This document shows positions 57,365 to 64,000 of a stretch of 64,000 bases of DNA, piece after piece (position 1 is the stretch's first letter; the number at the start of each line of letters is the position of its first letter). The stretch comes from an uncultured Anaerolineales bacterium (GTDB lineage: Bacteria; Chloroflexota; Anaerolineae; Anaerolineales; E44-bin32), in contig CBDAFF010000083.1 of assembly GCA_965195195.1 (NCBI GenBank), forward strand, positions 4,225 through 68,224. The letters are read 5' to 3'. The position numbers were made by a program, and so were the translations under genes. Below the pieces are notes generated by a model. It saw nothing but the letters and a program-made list of their open reading frames with translations. It ran no database searches and was not told the origin of the DNA.

Positions 57365-59281
57365 CTAGCCGAAATCTGGTGTTCCCGTACGCGTCGGAGT
57401 CCTTGTGGGAGTCGGACTTGGAGACGTAGGAGACGATGTAGGCGTTCTCGTGATCGTTGGTGTGCGCGTTACCGTTGGCGTTGGTGTTCTTGTCGGGGTA
57501 CGCGTGATCGTTGGTGTACGCGTTACCGTTGGCGTTGGTGTTCTTGTCGGGGTTCTTGTCGGAGTGCGTGTGATCGTCGGAGTCCGAGTTATAGTAGGAG
57601 TCCGAGTGATGGTCGGTGTTAAAGTCACAGTCGGAGTACGCGTTATCGTAGGTGAAACCGTCGGTGTTACCGACTGCGTTGGAGTCGGCGTATTGGTCAC
57701 GGTCGACGTGCTCGTCGGTGTTGGTATTGTGATCGATGAGGATACCGGACATACATAATCGAATGTCAGGGTCGTCGCGAAATTGCCATACAGTACACCG
57801 GCCGGTGTGTTATCGAAATCCGCCCGCCAGTAAATCGAGGCGCTGGATGGATGCGGGAAGGAGCTCGGAACGGCCGGTCCTTGAATTGTCGGCGAGCTGA
57901 AATCATCGCCTGGATAATACTGCATCCAGTTGAATTGTAGTTGGTTAACGAAGTGGGCGGCGCTCATCTCCGTCCAATTCGTATTGGAGCCGGTAAGGTA
58001 AATCGTCATTGGATTATCGTTTCTTACCCACATGTAGAGCTGATCGCCAGCAGTGTAGTAGTTTCTCACGACGATATTATTGCAGTCGATCGTTGGAGTA
58101 ACGGTTGGAGTTAAGGTAGGCGTGGGGGTCAGCGTTGGCGGGACATTTAACGAAAACTGCACTTCGTCAATGGGGCTCAGCTCGCCTTCGTCATCTGTCG
58201 CTATCACCTGCATGCGGTGCAGACCCGAATTCATTGTAGCTCCACCGGGCCATGATGCCGTGTTCGTCGGATGCTCACTGCAGGGCGCATTCCCAAGAAA
58301 ACCACAGTAGGCTTGTGCGACATCTGTGGACGTGTAGACCCTCACCCAAGCAAACCCATTCCAGTAATCGATGGCGAAATCTACCTGCACGATCCCCTCG
58401 CCATCGACGCCAACGCCCGCGCAGGCTACAGGATCGGCGTTATCTGGATCGTATGCTACTGCTTGGGCGGGTAATTTATCGATATATGTCCCCCCATTGG
58501 CTGGAAAGATGATTTGAACGACAGGGGGCACCTTGCACGGCGTAGTCGAAGGAGTAGGCGTCTGTGTAGTAGTTGCCGTCGGTGTGTTTGTCGCTGTGGC
58601 AGTCGATGTGAATGTCGGCACAGAGATAGTCGCCGGTAAGCCGACAACGCGGGCGACACGGAATTGCTCAACGATGCCTTCTCGTTTAGACGTAAGGTGG
58701 ATGTGGGGTAATGCCGAGCTGATGAGTGGCACGATTAGCGGGTGCTCGAAATCGACGGTCACGGAAACGCGATCGCCTGGTCCGCCTGCGTCTTCTATTG
58801 GATTTGTTGTGGCAACCTCCTCACACCACGCCGGCTGATGCAAAGGTGTGACCGAATCGTGATAAGAAAAAAGAGGTCCAGCCCCGGTTCGCTTGCTGGA
58901 GCAAAGCGTGATCTTAAAGTAACCCGGCGAAGCGACTGGGACAGTTTCGTTGCGCATGATGGCGACGGCTCCCGCTCGTGCCGCTTCTTGGATGGAGGGA
59001 ATGCGGGCAAATTCCTGCTCTGGAAGATCGTCGCAAATTCCTCCTGGGAACACTGAGCAAAAGGTATCATCAAATTCCCCGGTTACTGCATAGCGAACAC
59101 CGAAGCGCGCCCCATTTTCAACCGCGAGCCAAGCGTGCAGCAGACGCGCCATTTCTATGATTACGAACAGGACCAGCAGCATAACCGGCAGCACAAGCGC
59201 AAACTCGACAAGAGTCTGCCCGCGGAAACGCCGCTTATGTTGAGGGTCGCTGGGAGATTGGCTGGCTGGTAATACGTACAT
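57365..59281 (-). CDS. Giant TadE-like pseudopilin fusion, paralog B (638 aa)
   Basis: N-terminus RFRGQTLVEFALVLPVMLLVLFVIIEMARLLHAW. It is collinear with paralog A through the TadE module, the first Pro/Thr linker and the PCKVPP...YDPDN...CAGVG..G.GI.QVDF domain. It ends in a long TPT/TRT tail and ...GTPDFG. Confidence 0.8.
   Translation of the reverse strand: MYVLPASQSPSDPQHKRRFRGQTLVEFALVLPVMLLVLFVIIEMARLLHAWLAVENGARFGVRYAVTGEFDDTFCSVFPGGICDDLPEQEFARIPSIQEAARAGAVAIMRNETVPVASPGYFKITLCSSKRTGAGPLFSYHDSVTPLHQPAWCEEVATTNPIEDAGGPGDRVSVTVDFEHPLIVPLISSALPHIHLTSKREGIVEQFRVARVVGLPATISVPTFTSTATATNTPTATTTQTPTPSTTPCKVPPVVQIIFPANGGTYIDKLPAQAVAYDPDNADPVACAGVGVDGEGIVQVDFAIDYWNGFAWVRVYTSTDVAQAYCGFLGNAPCSEHPTNTASWPGGATMNSGLHRMQVIATDDEGELSPIDEVQFSLNVPPTLTPTPTLTPTVTPTIDCNNIVVRNYYTAGDQLYMWVRNDNPMTIYLTGSNTNWTEMSAAHFVNQLQFNWMQYYPGDDFSSPTIQGPAVPSSFPHPSSASIYWRADFDNTPAGVLYGNFATTLTFDYVCPVSSSITIPTPTSTSTVTNTPTPTQSVTPTVSPTITRTPTVTLTPTITRTPTITRTPTITRTPTRTPTRTPTPTVTRTPTITRTPTRTPTPTVTRTPTITRTPTSSPTSPSPTPTRTPTRTGTPDFG
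57450..57557. repeat. Tandem 54-nt duplication inside the Pro/Thr/Arg tail of paralog B
   Basis: 57450..57503 and 57504..57557 are near-identical, each encoding TPTRTPTPTVTRTPTITR on the minus strand. They sit within a wider low-complexity tract at about 57380..57720. Confidence 0.7.
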
Positions 59282-59296
59282 CGTGATTCTCCCTCG

Positions 59297-60916
59297 TTAG
59301 TGGACGATGCGTGTAAAGATACGTGATGCAATCGCTTCGAATACCTGAATGAGCCCTGTGCCGGTCGGCGAGAAATAGTAATTTCCGCAGGATTGACCAG
59401 TTGGTATGCTCGAGCACGGATCTGTGTGTGGATCGCCGTCGTCTCCGACAGCAGCGATATAGCGCAGCAATTGCTCACCCTGATCCGCTTCGCATCCGCC
59501 AGGGTAAGCACTGAGATCGCAATGTGTGTCGTTAATCAACTCATCACCAAGGCCGATCGTGAAGATGACCGCTCCCTGCCCTGGTCCGAGGCAAGAAGTG
59601 GTCGTCGGGTCGTACGCGTTTGCATCCGGGCAGCCGACGAAATAAGCCCGCTCAACTGCCCAGTCCTCTGCATCTTTTCCATAAGCACCCAGTGTACTCG
59701 CCTGGCCAGGCGGATCGCTGACCTCGAAGTCCTCGTCATGGCAAAAAGGCTCGACCCAGGTTGGCTTACCCGCACCAAGGGCGTTGGGGCAGATGATATT
59801 GGCGACCGGAAGAGTATCATCCGTTGCCGCATTCGCAGAGCCATCGCTTAGCAGGATGAAGATCGGAACTGCTTCTTGACGAAGGTAGGGAGGAGCGTAA
59901 AGTGCCCCTCCAACTTTTAAGCCGTCAGCGATGTTGGTATTCGTGCAACCGGTTGGATCACCAAATGCCCACCCAGCACAACTAGGCAGCTTGTACACCA
60001 ATAGGCTACCGATTGATGACTTGATTGAGGAAGCGTTGTCGCTTGGTATGAGCTGGACAACAGCATTTTTATCGAAACTAACAACCGCCATGCGATCGTA
60101 AGGGAAATACATTCGATCGACGAGTGCGAGCGCGGCCGCACGTACATGCTCGAAGGGATAGCATTCACCCTGGACACCGGCTGCAGGGTTAGGGTCATTG
60201 CAGTTATCGGGATCTCGTCCCCAATCATCAGCGAAACCGCCAACTTGGGGGACGGTCCCACCAACATTGCAATCGTCAGCCCCATCGGGAAACCCTAATC
60301 CCCCGACAAGGTTAGTTTCAGCCCAAGCATCATCATCATCGTTATCGCCGCACTCTGCATCGTAGGCCATCGACTGTGAGGTGTCGATCGCGAGCACGAT
60401 ATCCACTGAGGCGGTCTCGGAGATGGCTTCTGCACGAATATCGATCGAGCCCCAGCCAATAATGGGTAGGAAAGCGAATTCAACCGGCATCGTCGCTTCA
60501 ACGCGCACGAACTTACGCGGCGGTTCATCGTTATGAATTCCATCTCCATCTATATCCGGAGGGCAGAGATTAATATCGTGGTAGACGTTGGTGTTTCCCG
60601 CCGTCGGGTCGGTGATATCACAAATGAAAATCACGGCATTGGCTGGGTTGAGGCTGTTTAAACTGATGAATTCATCGGCGGCAGCCTCGATCTCAGCCAC
60701 CGTGCGCCCCTCACGGAATTGGTTAGCCGCGGCGAGGGATGCTGAGTCAACCGCGCGGCGCAGGTGGCCGATCTGGATGAAAAGGATCCCAACATCAACG
60801 GTCAGACCGATGAAAGCTGCCAGACCGATGAAGGCCAAGGCGATGAGTACCATCGCCTGCCCGCGCTGGAGTTTAGATGAAGCGTTACGGGGTTGGTGTT
60901 GGTTCGACATAGGCAT
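59297..60916 (-). CDS. TadG-like pseudopilin with a von Willebrand factor A domain
   Basis: N-terminus LQRGQAMVLIALAFIGLAAFIGLTVDVG...RRAVDSASLAAA is TadG/Tad_N-like. MIDAS-type DIVLAIDTSQSM. Confidence 0.8.
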   Translation of the reverse strand: MPMSNQHQPRNASSKLQRGQAMVLIALAFIGLAAFIGLTVDVGILFIQIGHLRRAVDSASLAAANQFREGRTVAEIEAAADEFISLNSLNPANAVIFICDITDPTAGNTNVYHDINLCPPDIDGDGIHNDEPPRKFVRVEATMPVEFAFLPIIGWGSIDIRAEAISETASVDIVLAIDTSQSMAYDAECGDNDDDDAWAETNLVGGLGFPDGADDCNVGGTVPQVGGFADDWGRDPDNCNDPNPAAGVQGECYPFEHVRAAALALVDRMYFPYDRMAVVSFDKNAVVQLIPSDNASSIKSSIGSLLVYKLPSCAGWAFGDPTGCTNTNIADGLKVGGALYAPPYLRQEAVPIFILLSDGSANAATDDTLPVANIICPNALGAGKPTWVEPFCHDEDFEVSDPPGQASTLGAYGKDAEDWAVERAYFVGCPDANAYDPTTTSCLGPGQGAVIFTIGLGDELINDTHCDLSAYPGGCEADQGEQLLRYIAAVGDDGDPHTDPCSSIPTGQSCGNYYFSPTGTGLIQVFEAIASRIFTRIVH

Positions 60917-61607
60917 TTGGCATTATGCTATAAGCATGAAGTGTGATCGTGTCCGGCACGAACATCGTGATCCAGGGAAGCCCCAGGACCATGTGGTAAT
61001 CGTAAAAGATTTCGACCATGACCATTCCGGTGGCCGGCGCAGCGCCATTTAGCATACTGTTGATTTTCGCTGTATCAATTTTCGAAACATGGTTGCCTTT
61101 GTAACTCCAACCATCCGCGTCCGGGAAGCGTTGAGTCACTGAGCCGCCTGCAGCCGCGATGGCTGAGATGACAAGATCATCGGTCGCCGGATTTAGAACG
61201 ACTTGCTCAGAGAGAACCTGATCGGCCATACATGGCAGCAGCCGGTAGAAGTATGTTGTATTGAAGCAATCCATAACCCCATCATCCCCCTCAAGCGGGT
61301 CCAGATTCGCGCCAAACCTTGCGATCTCCCTGGCTCCATCGATCAGATCCAGATAGTAGTTAAGCATGAAACCAAATTCGATCAAGCCTGAGAGCATCAT
61401 GACCAAGAGCGGCAGTAGAACCATGAACTCGACGATGCTTTGCCCACGCGATTTCTTGCGTGTTGTATTTGAGCGCAACCTAGGAAGGCCTCGTGTTTTT
61501 TCCATTTCCACTAATCCCATGCCATCAGCAATGGCATCCATGTGACATTCATCATTATACGCGCCGGGCTTAACTCGAGGGCTAGTACCGCGGGGCCAAG
61601 AGAGCAT
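60885..61607 (-). CDS. TadE-like pseudopilin (conventional size)
   Basis: SRGQSIVEFMVLLPLLVMMLSGLIEFGFML. The real start is probably an internal ATG, for example 61505 (MEKTRGLPRL...). Confidence 0.75.
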   Translation of the reverse strand: MLSWPRGTSPRVKPGAYNDECHMDAIADGMGLVEMEKTRGLPRLRSNTTRKKSRGQSIVEFMVLLPLLVMMLSGLIEFGFMLNYYLDLIDGAREIARFGANLDPLEGDDGVMDCFNTTYFYRLLPCMADQVLSEQVVLNPATDDLVISAIAAAGGSVTQRFPDADGWSYKGNHVSKIDTAKINSMLNGAAPATGMVMVEIFYDYHMVLGLPWITMFVPDTITLHAYSIMPNAYVEPTPTP

Positions 61608-61675
61608 ACTGTCAGGTCATTGAGACGTCTTTGTAACAATATCAAAACAAACCAAAGCTCGATACGAGTTTTCCT

Positions 61676-62467
61676 CTACATATTGAGGATATTTTCCAAC
61701 CATGCCCACCCCCAGAAATAAACCCACCAGGCGCCCAAGATGAGGAAGGGACCATAAGGAATCGGTGTAAACGCGTTGTAACGGCGGTGCATCTTCATGA
61801 ATATTAAATAGGCGATACTGAACAAACCGGCTGCCAGGATACCGCGCAGCAACGCTTCGATCACCCCTGGAAAACCAACCGCCAACCCAATGATCGTGGC
61901 CAGAGTCACATCACCAAAACCAAGAGCGACTTCATCGTCGTCCTGGTCTTGCCCCCCAGAAACATTGCGAGCGAATATACCTCCGAGCAGATAGAGCAGG
62001 AGGAACAGACCGAAGCCGACCGCCCCACCCAGAAGTATCCTGCCCAGACTCATCTGCGGATTCAATAGGCCGAGCAATATAAATAAGACAGCAGCCGGAA
62101 AAGTAACAACATGGAGGATGAGTTTATGCTCCATATCGATGACGATGATGAGCAGGAAAACCGCGCTTACAAGAAAAGCCGGCCAGAAATTCGTTGGGGA
62201 ATTGCTCCAGAAGAAAATTCCAATGGATCCGGCGATGGCCAGCATTTCAACAAGCAAAGTTCGCGTCTGCCGTCTGGTGCCGCAATACTCACAGCGCCAA
62301 ACTCGGGTAATGACCGCAGGAATAGCGAACCAGGAGATCGGTGAGAGAGGGGCTGTGCATGCAGGGCAGCGTGGCACCGCCGGTTTGCGAAAAAACGGGA
62401 GGCTGTCTGCAAGCCAGTTGATGGCGACCCCGAAGGACCAACCGAGGATAGCAACGGCAATAATCAT
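61676..62467 (-). CDS. A24-family prepilin peptidase
   Basis: Polytopic membrane protein with an N-terminal CPAC...CEYCG Cys pair motif. Conserved Asp-containing segments are VIDMEH and LGFGDV. Confidence 0.85.
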   Translation of the reverse strand: MIIAVAILGWSFGVAINWLADSLPFFRKPAVPRCPACTAPLSPISWFAIPAVITRVWRCEYCGTRRQTRTLLVEMLAIAGSIGIFFWSNSPTNFWPAFLVSAVFLLIIVIDMEHKLILHVVTFPAAVLFILLGLLNPQMSLGRILLGGAVGFGLFLLLYLLGGIFARNVSGGQDQDDDEVALGFGDVTLATIIGLAVGFPGVIEALLRGILAAGLFSIAYLIFMKMHRRYNAFTPIPYGPFLILGAWWVYFWGWAWLENILNM

Positions 62468-62526
62468 AATGACTGATTATACATTTTCTTTGGAATATCA
62501 CCGCGGTTATCCCATTCTCGATATGG

Positions 62527-62737
62527 CATGCTGAACCCGTTCGACTTCGCTCCCCACTCCCTCCGGTCGGGGACTTCGCCCCCCAAAGTACGGGGGACTT
62601 CGCAGGATAAACTCCGTGAAGCTCGTTCTTCGAACTGATGGGTTCTCCTGGCCTGGAACGAGATTCTTCGCTCCCTACGGTCTCTCAGAATGACATTAGC
62701 GAGGATCCTGTCATTTCGAGCGAAGCGAGAAATCCCT
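62527..62737. repeat. Intergenic modular repeat, copy C
   Basis: Collinear with copy A and in the same orientation (see 40578..40865). Confidence 0.75.
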
Positions 62738-62851
62738 GAATTGTATTATTTATAGTAGCTGCAACGAAGGATCCGAAAAGATTCATTCCTTTAAACCATC
62801 AGACAGCAATTAGACTAGGCATCCTCGCTTAACGAGTGCTAGAATGCTCCT

Positions 62852-63670
62852 ATGCGTAGTGACCTACCCCAACCCGACCGGGACCGTCTTAGCACGCTAA
62901 CGGCGCTGGTGATCCTGAGCTATGCCTTAATCCGAATCGTGGTCATGCCTATATTCTCGGCAGAACTCACTTTCGCAGGCTTGATCTTCGAATTCAAGGT
63001 GGATACTCGCCTGATCATGTTGACTCTTGCAGCGGCGCTCACTGTTGCCGGGGCAGACTGGTTGCTCCGTTCCCACCCATCATTGAAATCAGGCGAGCGG
63101 ACATTCGAGCATTGGATCGTTCCTGGCTTGACCGCACTAGCGGCGGGGATCATCGTGACGCGCTTGCCGGAAGGGCCTGCACTTTGGGTCGGTCTGGTGG
63201 CTGGGGCTGCACTCTTAATGGCGGTGCTCCTATCGGAGTTTTTAATCCACGATCCAGCAGACCCTCGACACGACCTCGCCGCTCTGGTCTTGAGAACCCT
63301 GGCTTACCTTCTGATGGTCGGTATTCTGTTCACGATGCATGCGGTCGATTTACGCTCGGTATACCGTGTCCCACTTTCGTTGGTTGTTGTCGCAGTCATC
63401 AGTTGGCGGCTACTGCAGCTTTCTACATCGGATGACGGCCTGGCTGCAGTTTCCGCCCTGATCGTTGGTGGAATCTCGGCACAGCTTGTTTGGGCATTGC
63501 ACTACTGGCCTTTGCCCTCATTTCGATTCGCTTTGATCGTAGGTTTGTTTGTTTATATAAGCAATGGATTGATAGAGACTTTGCGCGCTGGGGAGATGAG
63601 TAGAGCACGACTGATCGAGCTTACCTCCGTCGCGCTCGTTGGTTTAACAGGGATCCTCGTGTTTTCGTAA
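62852..63670 (+). CDS. Polytopic membrane protein of unknown function (272 aa)
   Basis: Seven or eight hydrophobic helices. No motif recognised. Confidence 0.6.
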   Translation: MRSDLPQPDRDRLSTLTALVILSYALIRIVVMPIFSAELTFAGLIFEFKVDTRLIMLTLAAALTVAGADWLLRSHPSLKSGERTFEHWIVPGLTALAAGIIVTRLPEGPALWVGLVAGAALLMAVLLSEFLIHDPADPRHDLAALVLRTLAYLLMVGILFTMHAVDLRSVYRVPLSLVVVAVISWRLLQLSTSDDGLAAVSALIVGGISAQLVWALHYWPLPSFRFALIVGLFVYISNGLIETLRAGEMSRARLIELTSVALVGLTGILVFS

Positions 63671-63731
63671 CAGCGGTTTGTTCAAGAATGCTCGCCTCGT
63701 TTTCCCAAGCAAAGCTTGTCGCGAAACACCC

Positions 63732-64000
63732 CTAAGAGTTTTCGGACTCGGTCAAGTCCGTCTCTTGTCTCGATATTCCGTGTTCCTCTTTAATTTTCTT
63801 TCGAGCACGCCACCCCACAAGTCGTTCATCGCCATTCAAAAGGCGTTTGATATTCGGGCGCAATGCCCAGATCACCAATAATTCTGCCAGAATTGCATAG
63901 CCGACATACGCCCAGGGGCCGAGGCCGAGCGCTGCCCGGATTGCGAAGATGATCCCGGCCAGGAATGATACGCTCATCGTTGTCACTGAAGCGTAGCCGA
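63732..64000 (-). CDS. plsY: C-terminal part of a PlsY-like glycerol-3-phosphate acyltransferase; the gene runs off the window
   Basis: The frame stays open to the window edge. The hydrophobic C-terminal helices followed by LRPNIKRLLNGDERLVG resemble the RH..NI.RL..G.E..IG ending of PlsY. Confidence 0.5.
   Translation of the reverse strand, partial: GYASVTTMSVSFLAGIIFAIRAALGLGPWAYVGYAILAELLVIWALRPNIKRLLNGDERLVGWRARKKIKEEHGISRQETDLTESENS

Noticed and set aside
57336-57752. 138-aa same-strand alternative-frame ORF rich in D, N, H and T within the tail of TadE paralog B.
   Set aside because: It is a frame-shifted reading of the Pro/Thr/Arg repeat tract. It has no independent start context. The main frame is collinear with paralog A up to the shared PDFG end.

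Overview
This is a gene-dense bacterial chromosomal window of about 50 genes, with no rRNA, tRNA, CRISPR array, transposase or integrase that I could recognise. The content suggests a monoderm, Chloroflexota/Anaerolineae-like organism: a Tad pilus without a secretin, many Pro/Thr-rich linkers and many GT-C-type membrane proteins. This taxonomic guess is inference only.

Layout from start to end:
1. 0.2-3.9 kb: housekeeping and miscellaneous genes (HNH nuclease, hpf, comF-like).
2. 4.0-10.3 kb, minus strand: a Tad/Flp pilus core, tadC-tadB-cpaF-tadZ(REC fusion)-cpaB. It also carries a 48-codon flp pilin gene that is absent from the ORF track.
3. 10.4-12.2 kb: a DegS/DegU-like two-component pair.
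4. 12.2-23.1 kb: seven consecutive large polytopic membrane proteins that look like GT-C glycosyltransferases.
5. 23.1-40.5 kb: rpoD, a membrane pyrophosphatase, a Wzy_C-TPR fusion, an HDAC-family deacetylase, a 1054-aa TPR protein with a large acidic Trp-motif repeat core, ndk, rsfS, a TIGR00725-like protein, thpR, an L,D-transpeptidase, and a REC / PP2C / mini-P-loop cluster.
6. 41.0-51.3 kb, minus strand: one kinase plus three receiver proteins (one a GGDEF cyclase, one apparently a pseudo-kinase). The last receiver gene overlaps by 4 nt the start of a 1525-aa repeat-rich surface protein.
7. 51.7-62.5 kb, minus strand: the accessory half of the Tad system. It holds two giant TadE-like pseudopilin fusions (764 and 638 aa) with Pro/Thr linkers and a shared C-terminal PDFG end, an embedded OmpR/HK pair, a TadG-vWA protein, a normal-size TadE and a prepilin peptidase.

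A modular intergenic repeat family occurs at three sites.

The most unusual signals are:
- the giant TadE-fusion paralogs;
- the seven-gene GT-C array, which sits in the same window as several Pro/Thr-linker proteins;
- the branched signalling operon coupled to the adhesin;
- the acidic P-x-W-L repeat protein.

All functional calls rest on motifs read by eye. No database search was run.
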